DNA of 64,000 nucleotides from Microthyrium microscopicum (Eukaryota): NCBI GenBank assembly GCA_010405405.1, contig MU004235.1, positions 76,538 to 140,537 of the forward strand, read 5' to 3'. Shown piece by piece: positions 50,827 to 64,000 of this stretch (position 1 is its first letter; each line of letters starts with the position of its first letter). The notes under the pieces were generated by a model. It saw only the letters and a program-made list of their open reading frames with translations, ran no database searches and was not told where the DNA came from. The position numbers and the translations under genes were made by a program.

Positions 50827-53780
50827 ATGGCAGACACAGACATGGTGCCCGCCTACGACGCCTTGCCCATGTCCGTTCAAGTTCCCAAAGGTGGTCTGGC
50901 TGCCAGTGTATATGAACAGGAAGGTCTTCCACCCCCACGCTCCACTCAATCCTCGTCTCGAAGCCCGTCCTCCGAGCCGTCCTCTTCATTATTCTCTACT
51001 GCTGCTGTCTCTGCCAGTGCCAGTGCCAGTGCCAGTGCATTTGCCTTTGGCAATATTGAGACCGCTCACTCTCCTGCTGCTGCCAGTGACACTGCTCCAG
51101 CTTCTCCTCCTCCTCTGCCCAACCCATCTCTCTCCCAAACGGGTGCGCTCAACACCAAGGCCGCTCTGTCGCCCGGCCAGCAGCGCTTTCACAACACAAT
51201 TCTCAACCAGACTCTATTCCCTGCACTGCAAAACGATGCAACTGATCTAGCCGCCCCACGCGACCTTGAAGCAAACGATCCTCTCGCCCTTCAGGTATGG
51301 AAGTTCTATCGTAACACTAAACTCCTCTTACCCAACGCCAATCGTTTGGAGAACCTGTCCTGGCGGATTATGTTCATTAACCAAGACCGTATTGCGCAAG
51401 AGAATCAAAGGTACATCTTTCAAACTACACTCTGCATTTACCATACATTCGTCTTGTTTTTGGGATCCAGCCCCACCCAATGCACAATTGCCTCTACCGG
51501 TTCCCCATATCCTCACCTTTACTTGCGTTCTGACATGTGCCAAACAGGACAAATATTCAATCCTCCAAAAAATCTTTTCAAGTGCCAAAATCCGCCCCTA
51601 GTGGAATCGCGCAGCTGCGAAAGGCCTCTGATCACCAAGTCCCCACCCTTTCTTCCAGCCCTCTGGTCCAGACCTCCGACGACCCTATGAACTTGGACGA
51701 CTTTCTAGTTCCCAACTCTATTGCTTCACCCGCTGGCTTATCGCCCTCCCCCTCTGGAGAAAAGATGCTTGGATCAACTTCTATTCCAATTCGCAAGACT
51801 TCCTCACAAGATCAAGATTATCAATTATCTCGAACTGCACCCATAAATGCTCCGATAAGGCCTGGTACCGATTTTGGCTATGTTCAGCGTCATGTTCGTA
51901 AAACAAGCATAGACGAAAGACGCGTATGTTATTTCAATTATTTCTTGAATTTATCTGATTCTCGATAGCCTCTCAAAAGACCGGCAGACGCGTCTCCGCA
52001 GGTTCCTCCAGTTCACGGACTCATGATTCCCAACGATCCCGCATCAGAGGCCGCTCTCCATGATTACTCTCTAGATCGCCCGCAACAAATTCTTCAACCT
52101 CATGCTACACATCCAAATCAAGTCCCATTCTCCCTCGATACATTCAATATCGAGAATGATCCAATCATTCACTCTGCAGGCCCTTTTCAAAGTCAATTTA
52201 GCTTCTCTCCCGCAACGTCGCCACAAGTAACTTATGGTCCTTCTCATGCAGCCATGTATAATTCAACTTCGCTAGGCTCATCTCTCAACTCGACAGATTT
52301 TTACTCGCCTCCAGGTTCTGCTTATCAATCTACAGTCTCGACTCCTCAACCCATACCCGAAGGAGAACAGATGTATTTCGAGCGCAATGTTGATATTCGC
52401 CAGGCCATGCTACAAAACATGAACTCTCACAGAAGCTCGAATCTATCGACCATGATGCAACCACAGTACATTTTCAATCCAAATAGCGAGCAACTATTTA
52501 GCGCTGTTACATCTACCGGATCCATGCCCCATTTTCCGGCTGCAACCTTTCCGCAACCTGGTCATGTCAACCCAACCCATGTCCTCAATCCAGAGTTTGC
52601 CGCATCTCGGCAAAATAGCCTTCATGCGATGAACGAGGCACCTCTATTCACTTTTGGGGATTCTGACGAAAACGATGATGACGACGGTGGTGTCTTTGCT
52701 GATCGAACATTGCCTCTCTCGCCAATGGAAGATGAAGGTTTGACACTTGGCGGAGGGCTGCAATGGGATACCAATCTCAACAGTCAGTTCAACGCTACTT
52801 CTGCTCGTTATCCTGGTGGACCACCCAAAAAGTCTGTCACAATCGGGGGCACTGAAATGATGGGTTCTCCAAATTGGGGAGGTGGCAGTCTTGGTCGTAC
52901 GTACGGCTCAGCAGCTTCAGTCAGCGAACTTCGAAATCGAAGTCAGGACCCAAGACGGCAAAAGATTCCTCGAACTAGTTCTACGCCTAATGCTCCGGCG
53001 CTCATTCAAACCCACATGATGCACCATCGCGCGCAGAGTTCACCTAATTCACCGCCTGAGTCAGGCTATAGCTCAGTAGCTCCTTCAAGGCCAGATAGTC
53101 CCAATGGAAGCAAGGGTGATGGTAGTGGCCCCACAACGTGTACAAATTGTTTCACGCAGACCACTCCTCTTTGGAGACGGAATCCGGAGGGACAGCCGTT
53201 GTGTAATGCTTGTGGTTTGTTCCTCAAGTTACACGGCGTCGTTCGCCCATTGTCACTCAAGACAGATGTGATAAAAAAGCGAAACCGTGGCAGTGGAAAT
53301 AACACATCAAGCACTTCTGGAACAAGGTCCAAGAAGTCTTCGAGAAAGAATTCCATCGCTCAAATCTCCTCTCTATCGAATGCCAAAGCCCCAGCAGAAT
53401 CCGAGTCACCTAAATCAACAACCTCCACATCATCAGCAGTGAACGGTATAAGTAGCGCTGTTGCAGCAGCAGCTACTAAAGGCGGCGCCGTTCCAATTGC
53501 TCCAGGGCCACCGAAGCAATCAGCATCTGCGAGCACAACGCAAGCTCCTGCTCGTAATGTGACTGTCACACCAAGGAGATCACGTCGACAAAGTAAGGTC
53601 GATGCTCAAGATCTTGAGATGTCTGGACTAGACGATGTCAAGCCCGCTAAGAAGCCAGAATCATCCAAGGCTTCTTCGGCGAGTTCCTCTTCAACCATGT
53701 TTCCCGGTGCCATGGGCCAAGGCGTGTCCAGTAGCAACTCCGGTCCGCAGGAATGGGAGTGGCTCACGATGAGTCTATAG
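50827..53780 (+). CDS. areA: GATA-type global nitrogen regulator AreA/Nit-2
   Basis: GCCACCATGG start context; [10 protein letters not shown] motif; introns 51411-51547 and 51924-51968; GATA finger [51 protein letters not shown]-terminal WEWLTMSL. Confidence 0.97.
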
Positions 53781-54733
53781 ATGGTCGCCAACACATTTTC
53801 CCCGCCAAACTCCAATATCCTCGCCCTATGCGGCCTATCCAAACTACATCAGCTCTCGATCTCGGAGCAACAATAATGCGATATCCATTCTCAGCATTTC
53901 CACGTCTTCCTCATCTTCACGGCGTTACTCGAGTTAGAGGTGATGAAACTTCTCGGCGTACTCATCTTGCCATATTTTTCTCTTCTCTGCATATACTTGT
54001 TTCATGTGTCAATACTGTCGATACCCCTCTTCTGGTTTGCAATGTCTAAAGATTTCTAATGTACGATCGGCAAACCCCAGTTGTCACGATCGAGCCGCCC
54101 GGTAGGGTTGCAGGTGTGATTTTCTCCCGTTTGTGATGATACCCCCATCTACCTGTCTCTTGTTTTCTGGCGTTTTCCTGCCTGAGCTTTGGTCTCAAAT
54201 CCGCTTGCATTGCTGGGTAGGCACTTTTGCTGTTTTCAATGCGCTTCCATCCACAGCCACTTCATCATGTACAAATCTCCCTGTCATAGGCTGTTGTTTA
54301 TGTTCTATCTCCTCACCTAGTTTGTAATGCCTTCCCCTTCTGCTCCCACACCCGATACGGTCTCATCCTCCAAACAGCACATCGTGCAGCACGATTCGAT
54401 TACGGGGATGAAATTGGGCCACGCGAGCACTGTTGTCCGAAGGGATGAAGATGTTCGTCAGTCGACCTCGATTGTCTACAATTACCGCGAATAGATGGAC
54501 CTGGGGAGAATTCACGTCATGAAGTTGATTTACCACGATTTATTAGTGCGGAAATGATGTTATGAGGAGGCTACCGCGATACGTTGCATGATAAACAGAC
54601 GGAAATAGATCAAATATCAAGTCCAGTTGAAAATGCGCCAACATGACTCATTGGTTCATTTACATTCGTGATATATCTCAGTACAAGCTCGCTAAACATA
54701 TTCAAACTTCCAGACTATCAGGATCCTCGCACT

Positions 54734-55849
54734 TTATGCCTTGGGTCGTTTAATCACGATCATCACCTTCCTTGTCCGAACAGTACCATGAGGCGAAGAC
54801 GAAATCGACTCTATCCGCCCAGCAGCAAACTCCCACTTTCTTCTGCTCTTACTGCCATAATTTCTGGACTTGACCAAGTCCTTCGCTGCTCGGTGGCCCT
54901 TGTCAATACTACTTGCATCAACAGCACCAGCCGCCTCAAACACCTTCACCAGCTCCGCCAACTGTGTCTGCCCGCGCCCAATCTGCCGCGCCTTGGGATA
55001 TATCGACGGCCCACCGAAAGCATACTGCCCGCCAGACACTATATAGCACTCATACTGAAATGTTCCCAATCTCGCTTGGTCATTCTTCAACCGTTCCGAG
55101 TACTGTGACAATAATGTTGACTTGCGTTTACTAGGCACCGGTATCGTTCGCACGCGCTTCAGTGGTTTCGGCACGCTCGATGTCTTGGATGGTCGGAAGG
55201 ATAGTTTTCTGTGCTCTTTGACTTTGGCTTTTAGGCGACTGATGAAGAGGCTTGCTAGGACTGCTGAGGGGAGTGATCCATGTTTGGCCTTCTTCTTTGG
55301 ACTGCGACGACCACTCGGCGTTGCAGTCTTGGTATTGTAGCCTCCCGCACTGCCGGCTATAATCTTCTCCAGCAGCGTCTTAATCGCCTCAATGCTTATC
55401 TCCATCTTCCACATCGTCTCCAATCCCTCCTTGGATAAATATACATTCAGCACTGTCGTGTTGAACATGAGATCTGCTTCCACGCTCGCAACTTCCTGGC
55501 GTCCTTTGTCGCTCCAGCGCCATGCTTTCCATAGACTGTGTCCAACAGTGCGATATTGTTTGAGGATCTTCTCGATGCGCTGGATGCTCTTATCGCAGGT
55601 TGATACTAGACGGATCAGTTCATTGCGTTTAGCAGATCGAAGATTGTTGGGCCGGTTGATGATGCTGCGGTTATTGTTGATGAGGTCTGTTTTGACGCTT
55701 TCAAAGACGATGGAGAGGCTGTGGAGGTGTTGTTTGGTGGTGGTGAATTCAGAGGGCGCGGAGGAGAGATCTTCGACTAGTTTGATGGTTTTGCGGATTA
55801 TGGAGAGAACGGTCATGAGACCGCTGGCCACTGATATTGGATCGACCAT
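54734..55849 (-). CDS. Protein with N-terminal HeLo-like (fungal STAND N-terminal type) helical domain and basic C-terminus
   Basis: MVDPISVASGLMTVL start, DLSSAPSEF, TCDKSIQRIEKILKQY, WKAWRW; 371-aa single ORF; no P-loop; TATA near 55937. Confidence 0.7.
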   Translation of the reverse strand: MVDPISVASGLMTVLSIIRKTIKLVEDLSSAPSEFTTTKQHLHSLSIVFESVKTDLINNNRSIINRPNNLRSAKRNELIRLVSTCDKSIQRIEKILKQYRTVGHSLWKAWRWSDKGRQEVASVEADLMFNTTVLNVYLSKEGLETMWKMEISIEAIKTLLEKIIAGSAGGYNTKTATPSGRRSPKKKAKHGSLPSAVLASLFISRLKAKVKEHRKLSFRPSKTSSVPKPLKRVRTIPVPSKRKSTLLSQYSERLKNDQARLGTFQYECYIVSGGQYAFGGPSIYPKARQIGRGQTQLAELVKVFEAAGAVDASSIDKGHRAAKDLVKSRNYGSKSRRKWEFAAGRIESISSSPHGTVRTRKVMIVIKRPKA

Positions 55850-57333
55850 TGTATGTGTTTGCTTGTTGGAGGTAGTGCCTATGGACTAGCGATGAGAAAG
55901 AAAAGGTTGGTAGCTTTCACGACTAGTCATTATCTCTTATATACTCAGGAATGTGTAGGTAGGAACAATTACGTTGGCGGCCTCATGATGGAGGCCCATG
56001 TGCTCGTACCGCGCCCCGAGTATGTCCATCATCTCATCGACTCATGTATCGGTTGCCTGTGGCCTGTACTGGCAACCAGGCAATGCAAGTTGTTGGACTC
56101 ACAGTAGAATGGTAGAACCAACAAGTGGGTACAAGTGCCAATGACCGACTAACTGAGAGCGAGAAGGCTTATACACCGCGCGATTGAAAAATGACGAGCA
56201 GTGGTTTATGCACAAGGCTGAGACAATGTACTGTGTAACTGGTGAGCGGCCTCTTTCGCAGAGAATATGTAGAGCTGGAAGAGATAAGGAGATGGTTGTT
56301 AGCATAGCCACCATGTTGTTATTCACATTTCGGCGTAACTGAAGGAGGCATATTTTCTCAATAGTAAGCAGATATGATGACGATATTGGGATTGAAGTAC
56401 TAGATCATGCAAGAAATGTGGTCCAAGCCCCGTTGCCTGTTTTCTTGAAGGGTTGTAATGGAGGGTCGACGAGGCTGAGCAACGGCTCGATGCATGGCGT
56501 GCACATCGTACAGCCTAGATTACCTTATGTCTCCACTTCACTGACCTTCCAAAGACGAAAAAGCAAGAGGATTGCAATTACTGAGATAGGCATCTAACAA
56601 ATGTCTGACATTCTATCATGTTGTTGACTTGTTTAGTCCGCAATACACCATCAGCATCGCAAAAGCAGTCGATGCCGCTAGTGCGCACTGTTAAGACAAC
56701 GGAACCAAGCACAAAAACATAAGGCTCAGCTACATCTGCCAAGAGGTCCGTTTGCGTGTTCAACTTGAATCCTCTAGAGCCTTATGTAGCAATATCGCAC
56801 TGGAATATTACCAAGAAAGTCCAAGCGGTGAAGGAACCAGTTTAGTATTCATCAGGCTAGAGATTTGGCAGTCGACGCTATCGATCCCTAACAACGGTTC
56901 GGTAGCGGTTCATGCCGTAGTCGGCGTGGAAGGGCGCCTAAACCTGGTAAATCTAATCTCGCGAGGCTGATTTCTGTACACGTTGATTAGGCTTGTTGTA
57001 GAATGTCTCACCACGGGCTCGGGTGCACGCATGTTTAACAAAAAGTATGGTGATATGAGCTGTCATACCTCACCGAGCTGTGCTGTGCCTCGCGATCTAC
57101 CGTAGTTTTCTTTGATCGGGTCACTTAATAATGCGCCGCCCCCAAATTCCCCGGTCATACTTGCTTTTTGAGGTTACAGTATTCAATATAGTAGTAGATC
57201 TCCTCAGCCTGATGTATACCCAGTTTCTTGTCTTTTTCTGGCTTTCCAGATTTCATGCCCCGATTGCGCTGAACTTTCGAGCAGTTTGGAGCTTGAGTTA
57301 TCAGAACTCCTCCTTCATTCCATATCCAGAGAA

Positions 57334-59350
57334 ATGCAACCGAAGAATCTCGTACCTAGGACATCAAAGTCTCGCCAAAACACACTTGGGGCTCTGATCC
57401 TTGTTGTTTGTCATGGTGCTGCCGCAGAATATGTTGATAAATTTGAAGTGTGCTTAGCTCGCGTTCTATCAGTTCTCAATGGTACTGGCACGATCGAGAA
57501 CATTACAAACGATACGATACGAAATCTTGGCTTCCTGTACACGGGCCCAGTGCGCGAGCTGATATCCAGCTATCCTCGCGACCGGTATTTGACACTGACA
57601 TACGAAGGTATGCGATTCTTTTCCACTAAAAAGTCGCGCAACTAACTCGTAAGGCTGTTTTGTACTATGTGGTAACCACAATGATTCTGCTCAACTGGCC
57701 GAGCCCACGTTCGCGCTCAACATGGTAACAACTTGGATCTTCCCTTTGGCTATCGTTTTGAGTCTGCCTTACGAGTCTCTACACGACTACAGATTCAAAG
57801 CAACAGGGACAGCCGTTGGCAATTGGCTAGGCTCACCTCAGACAGCCCTGACAGCAACGATATTCAATTTTCTTCAAATCAGGAAGGCTCACAAGAGAGC
57901 CAACAAAGAAATGAGCAACCGATACACAACCTGGAACAATATGTACTATGTTTTGTCTTGTGTGAATCAGTTCGACGTAACCCATTCCAGCGTGGATCGA
58001 CTACATCTTTTCTCCACTCTCGCGTATGGTCTATATGGACCTGTTCTTGGACACAAAAATAGAGACAAAGACAAACTAGAAACAAAACTACTCAAGTATT
58101 TACTGGTGGCAATGGCACATCAACTGCGTATGCATCGCCGTCGCGCGGTGATACCGACCTTGGCAAGCATGGGCACGTTTTTGATTGCGTTCGTTTTCTC
58201 AGTGGTCTTATCGTTTGCTGACGTCGGAGAGCATACAAAAGTCGATCTCTTGGTCTTGGGGTTATTATTCACTTGGCTGCCCGTTTTGGTCATATTTTCA
58301 ATAGTGGATCGTAATCCAGTCTCATCAGAAAGAACAGCGTAAGTCGTATGAAGTGGATAATCTGAGAGATCATGACTAACTTGTTTGCAGGCTGTTGATG
58401 TCCAGATGGCTTTACAATGTCAACGCCGTAAGAGACTGGAAGATCAGTGAATCGATCGACGCCAGAGATATCAAGTGGTGGGGCCAGCCGACTCATGAGC
58501 CTGAAGATAGTGACCAAGATGGCAGCCAAGGGCAGCGAGCATCCGAAGACAGCCCCCAGAGTGAAACCATGGACGACCGATACGAACTTGGTCCCTTTAT
58601 AGGACAAGGTCGTCAAATGGGCTTTTGCGGACTATCTTACGCTCTGATGGAGGAGCTTCACATCATGCGAGCCTCCTTCGGCAAAAGTCAAAATAAATTT
58701 GAGCTGTATGATGGCTGCGCCCGTGGAGTCGAACGACGACTTGCAAGGAAGCCTCCAACCTCATGGTACATCACAGCTGTCACTAGCTTGTCAATTGTCT
58801 GGACATCAATCTTGATGGCCTTGTTGCTTGCTTACAATACTCCTACAATTGGCATAGGTTGCTGGTCTGGCAGTTTTCTTCTATACGGCATCCTGAGCAC
58901 CGTGAGTTGGCTCATACAGATGACTCGCTGGGAAGGTCGAGTTTCCAGCCGAATATGCAACACAGCAAACTTTATCTCACTTGGCTGGCTAATAACAATA
59001 GTTTTCATAATGGTCAGTCTGACATTTTTCGGCACATCTACTATGAAGAGGCAGCAACTAACTACGCTTAGGTTACTGGAGCGTCAAATACTTGCTGGTG
59101 TAACTCGCTTCATATGTTTTCATCTTATGGCGATTATATGAATTTTGAAAACGCCGCATTTTATAGAGAATACTGCAACGTCAAGACATACTGGGCGGTA
59201 GCAACAGGCTTAGGATTAGCGATCCCCACAGTTTCATTTGTACTTGCCGTTTTTTGGTGGCTGAAATGCCAGCATTTGTGGAAAGCTAGCGAGACCGATT
59301 CTGATATCAAGTTGAAAGCGGCGTCTATCAACTGGGTCTGGCTTATATAG
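57334..59350 (+). CDS. Multi-pass membrane protein of unknown function
   Basis: Several hydrophobic helices (TWIFPLAIVLSLPYES, LLFTWLPVLVIFSIVDRNP, AYNTPTIGIGCWSGSFLLYG); three GT-AG introns; start inferred. Confidence 0.8.
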
Positions 59351-59780
59351 CAATGCATTTTTTGCTTCACCTCATCCCACGAGGACGAGTAAGATTGACC
59401 AGTGCCATTCCGGCTTATATCTGCTAACAGTGAAATCCATTGTCGCAATCTTGCATTCACAATATCAAGTGGTAGAGAACAGAGCCGCGAAAGTTGAATT
59501 TGGTCAACAACTACAAGTAGAGTATCTGCATACATCTGCCGGTATAGTCAGGTACCTGAAGAAGTCGCCTAGGCAGATTTCTGAGGTAGCAAGGCATCAT
59601 AATGCTCTTGTGCGGTGGTTGATCAGTGTGTGAACCCATGCCCTGCGAAGCCCCAGCAGCCCAGCAGTCCAGCCTACAAGCTTACATCAGCAAGCGGCAT
59701 TGGTCCACGACCCCAAATTCAGTACTCTGTACATCTCCATCACTACGATAATTCTAGTTGAGTGCAATGTAGATAACAGG

Positions 59781-60966
59781 ATGGCTCGCTGTTCCTCAAA
59801 TTCCTTCGACGCGAAAAACCTCACCAAGGAAGATGTGCATGCAGTGATAGACACTCTTTTATCTTTGGGTCTTAGCTTCGAACTTGCTACACTCATTATC
59901 AATTTTTCAGAATATTGGTGTGTGCAGAATTTCAGTTCTCAAGCTCCACTTCATATGGGGCCATCTTATAAGGGCCAGAGACTACTTGGAGACAACAGTT
60001 CTCCCATCGAGGCCTCATCGCTTTATCTTCAAACCGGGCCACTTGGCTTAGGATCTGGAATCAGTCATGGCGACCGTTTTAACCCCAAAAAGATTACGTT
60101 TTGCGTTACTAGTCAAGCCGAAAGCGACAGCATTCAGCCAGGTAGAGACGGGACTTTTTTGAATCAGTCATCTTGGCTTGACGCTGCAATCATTCGAGAG
60201 GATGAAACGTGGTTGGACACGAATAAAATGGAGCCAGCAAAAGCTTTGATGAGATCAGCACCAAACAACGAGATGTTGGGTCTGGCAGAGGAGACTGAAA
60301 GCCAAGTTTGTGTGCCGTGGTATTTGGGCCTCAACCCATTTGAGCTCCCGCCCTGGTTTGTTCGAGGTGGCGATAGAAACAAAATGAAAGGAGGTTACAA
60401 GTTAGTACCCCATGGTTCAAGATTGATGTGGTTGCTTCAGAGAAATAGGATCTCCAGTTCTGAGCTGGTGGAAAGATTCATTACATGGGGAGAGGATGTG
60501 TCCCTCACTTACGAGGAGGTTGGCGAGAAATGGTGGACGTCAGATTGGGATCTTAAGCCACCTCAAACAGAATATGAAAGGCAAGTGACTTGATCGAAGC
60601 AAGCTCATATTGTTGCTAGACCACGGGAATGCTCCTCACTGCTCGATAGTTTGTCTAACAGCAATAGCAGAAGGCAACGCGAGTGGGAAAATCCATTGGA
60701 GATCAGATATATGGACTCCTGGAAGAACGGAATCTCGCTAGACGGCCCAGAAGCTAAGGATGAAGAGTGGCCAATAGATGGAGCTGGCAATGGGAAAGAT
60801 TTTGTCAAAACACTTCGCAGGGGTGATAGGATTGGAATATGGGCTAGGACCTTGGTATGTTCAAATGAATCACTTTATTGAATCGTTTATTGATATTGTT
60901 CAGTGGCCGGAGGCTGAAAATCACGTCCAATCCGTTACAGTGACCGTATACTACTCGATTGTATAG
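59781..60966 (+). CDS. Hypothetical fungal protein
   Basis: ELATLIINFSEYW, SSWLDAAIIR, WLLQRNR, GAGNGKDFVKTLRRGDRIGIWAR..WPEAENHVQSVTVTVYY; requires a short intron at 60581-60619 and one near 60855-60903. Confidence 0.7.
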
Positions 60967-61731
60967 AACGAGATAGATATCTGCAGGCATAAGATCTCTC
61001 TTGAAGTTTTGATAGATGCCTACTTGCTTGTACCTGCTTAGGAATTCGAGCTAGCTAGCTAGGTACATAGAGGAGGAAGACTCTTTCAGGAATAAATGGT
61101 AGATTTCATGGTTGATAATTAAGTAGAAGCAATTTGGAAAGATGATACTTGTCATTGAAAGCAGTAACGCTCCTGTATCGATTTTCATTCCAACAGTGAT
61201 CTTTGATTCGTGCCTAGAGGGTGAAGACATACATCGAAACCTCATCGATTGCTCGATTCTTGAAAGCTTTTGTTCTTTCATCTTTTTGGGGGTCATGCAG
61301 ACTTTTTGTGACTATAACGCCTGCATAGATGAACACTCGTCCAATTGTGTTCGGTGAGATGACTTCCGTTTGCAACGCGACCTGACAAATAAGATTGTGC
61401 GCTTCCTCAAAAATGCGCGAAAAGGAGCCTTGCCATTAGATCACCTCCAGTACTTGGTAGATCTATCCTACACACATCAAGATAGAACCGTTCGTGCAAC
61501 AAAGCCGAGACCGAGAGATTTCATAAGTGCAAGCTAAGCATCCTGACTCCTGAGAATCCGAATTCCCGAAGACCCTCAGGGATCCAATTTAATGACATAG
61601 CTTATAAAGTGGAGACGAACTTGTCCTATGAATTACGACCTATCCTCCGAAAACAAATTATCATGGTGTTTGCTATGTACCGCTTGAGTATTGCTCTTCA
61701 CTAACCACTTTGTTTACGCTGAGCCGCAGCT

Positions 61732-62288
61732 ATGCCGCTTCGAGGAGAATGTAATTGTGGTGCCATAGTAGTCGCGGTTCAAGACCCCAAAGAAGGGCAG
61801 CCAAGTACCACAACAGCTCATTGCCACTGTACTAATTGCAGAAGACAAAGTGGCGGGAGTAAGTTTTTCCCTGATGTTTTTCATCCGTAAAAATATCGCA
61901 CAGTAGCATTTTGTCTTTCAAGGAACATGCTAATCTTTTGAGTTGCAGATGGGACGTATATTATCACTAAACCAGAAAGCGAAGTGACAGTATCCGGAAC
62001 TCCCAAGGCTTATATTGACAACAAAACTACCTCTGGCGTGGATATGAAAAGGTGGTTCTGCGGAGACTGCGGTAGTCCAGTGATGTCCACCACACCTGCA
62101 GCTCCAGGCATGATATGTAAGTTACTGTCATAATGTTACGATATGTTGTTGCATGACTAAACGACATAGATGTTAAAATGGGACTGTTTGATAAGGTGCC
62201 TCGTGTTGCGGCCCACTTGTTCACGAAGAGTAAACTATCGTGGGAGCCATCAGTTGAAGGAGCAACGCAGTTCGAAACGTCGCCGTAA
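61732..62288 (+). CDS. GFA/CENP-V (Mss4-like) Zn-binding protein
   Basis: Absent from the ORF track because it is spliced: GECNCGAI, CHCTNCRRQSG, RWFCGDCGSPV, VKMGLFD; two introns; TATAAA near 61603. Confidence 0.9.
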
Positions 62289-62890
62289 ATTGTACAAACA
62301 TCAGGTCGATAATCCGAGCACTTTCCAGCCCCCCTTACTCGATCTCTCAAACTGATAATCCTGCACCTTGGGCTGAGCAACCTCTGGTAATAATTTTGGC
62401 TGTTGCTAGTGACGATTCCAGTAGACTTTTCCATCACATAACTAACATGATCTTTGATATCCAAGAATTATCGATTGTCACCGCAAGCAAAGGTTGTATA
62501 GGCTCTTCACATTTATACTTATATTAGTTCTATACTCGGATCGCACACGAGCAATCATACCTCGCGAATTGCATCAGTGGCCGCATTTAAGTTTGTCCGC
62601 TCTGCTCCGAATGTTATGTGTACTATAAATATAAACAAGGTCGTCAAACATTGATCAATCCAACATATCTACCAGTATTTCCGGCAAAGTAGTTCTCACC
62701 CAAGGCATCAAAAAGCTAAAAGAAAAGTCCACAAGTCCATAGGTCCATAAAATAATCCAGGGTAATGATTATTGGAAACGCCGAATGCTCCGTTGAAATA
62801 TGTTGCTATCGGTACAAAAGAATGGGGGAGATCGAGTCTCAGAAGGCAGTGATCAGGTTTTTCATTTTGGACAGCCAGTGAGCGGTTGTC

Positions 62891-64000
62891 TTATATGATA
62901 TGACCACGTGGTATCGCGGCGAAGATGGCCACAATGATGGCACTGATAAGAACGGCTGCAAGGAGGGCCTGGATGAAGATGGTATCCTGGATTTGGCGCA
63001 GCATTGGCTCTTTGATGTAGGTCTCGCGATCGAAAACTTGGCGTACTACATTGCGCTTCTTGTATTTATTCACCCACGGCTCATCTTCGAAGCTGTTTTT
63101 GGATGGACTTCGCAAGCTGTCGATATCGATGGAGGCGGAACTTAAATTGTATTCACTACCGTGTTTGAGCGTGCCATCCTCTTCTTGCACAGCAAAGAGC
63201 TCCCAAGGCCGAACATGCTGATGATGAAGACCGTGAAGAACCTAATGATGTTAGCTTGGACCTGATAGATTCAGAAACTGGCAACTTACAACACACATGC
63301 CCTTCCAGGCTGCAATGAGCGTGGCAATACCCGGCACTAGCAGCAGAATAGGAAGTACCCGCCAGGCGCGGCCAGCATGACTGATGGTGAGAAGAATTTG
63401 CGTCACAATCCCCGCAAGGATAAGGGAGATTCCAAGACCACGCGCGAAGATAACGCGAGGACGATTACCGTTACAAATGGCCCATCGAATGAAGTTTGGA
63501 TGTGATTGTTGACGGAGTGAGTATTCCACGTTGTTGACTAGCTCCCGAAATGCGGATGGATGGGTAGTGTATTCCAAGGCTCTGAGAGTGGCATGACGTT
63601 CGCGGCCAGAAAAGTTCAGCTCGCGAGGAGCATGTTCTAGAATATATATGGCTAGGATACGGTTGATCTCGTCACGATGCGGCTGAACGGTAACTGAAAT
63701 GTGGTATTAGCTGAGCTTCAAAGAGCCTTTGACCGCTGAACGTACATGGCTTCTTTAGTCCGGCATCTTCAAAGGCGCTCTCAGCAGCGTTCGTATGGTT
63801 GGTCATTATTGAACGCATACCCGTGGTGGGACGAATAGAGCCATCCTGTGACTGTATAGTCTCGCGCTTTTCGCTGTTTGGGGTCTGTGGGATCGCGGCA
63901 AATGGAATAGCCTCGGACCCTTCAGTCTCTTGAAGCTTAGGCTTCTCATCAAAGTCGCTACCCTTGAATAGCTCTTTTTCAGTCTTGCTTTGGTGAGCCG
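62891..64000 (-). CDS. RGS-domain membrane protein (Rax1-like), 5' end outside the window
   Basis: QPHRDEINRILAIYILEHAPRELNFS, LEYTTHPSAF, HPNFIRWAICNGN, followed by TM helices. Confidence 0.8.

Noticed and set aside
51013..51037. (GCCAGT)n microsatellite
   Set aside because: Ordinary coding low-complexity tract (Ala-Ser) within areA.
54734..59350. NLR/amyloid signalling gene pair
   Set aside because: No NACHT/NB-ARC gene or amyloid motif in the neighbourhood.

Overview
Eukaryotic, intron-containing, gene-dense DNA from a filamentous ascomycete (Pezizomycotina, possibly Dothideomycetes; the taxon is an impression from gene content, not established). About 29 genes. Recognisable core genes: BRX1, cardiolipin synthase CRD1, a Set6-like SET protein, SGF11, a PlsC-type phospholipid acyltransferase, DASH subunit HSK3, the GATA nitrogen regulator areA/nit-2, a GFA-family protein and a partial RGS-domain protein. 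Secreted or accessory genes lie between them: an AA11 LPMO, a short-type tyrosinase, a 6-Cys small protein, an MFS transporter, an amidase, an alpha/beta hydrolase, a GH16 and a HeLo-like protein. Most notable: (1) a spliced gene at 23462-24351, invisible in the ORF track, encoding two tandem Diedel-like Cys-rich modules, each with the same intron position, a Pro-rich linker and a CPxGC motif, separated by Kex2-type dibasic sites; (2) a secreted protein at 27808-29122 with the HH / HxH / EM motif order of type II copper monooxygenases (PHM/DBH); (3) a head-to-head pair of decayed F-box genes. No rRNA, tRNA, CRISPR or intact transposon was seen. Exon boundaries were inferred by eye from splice signals and frame continuity; family names come from recalled motifs, not database searches.
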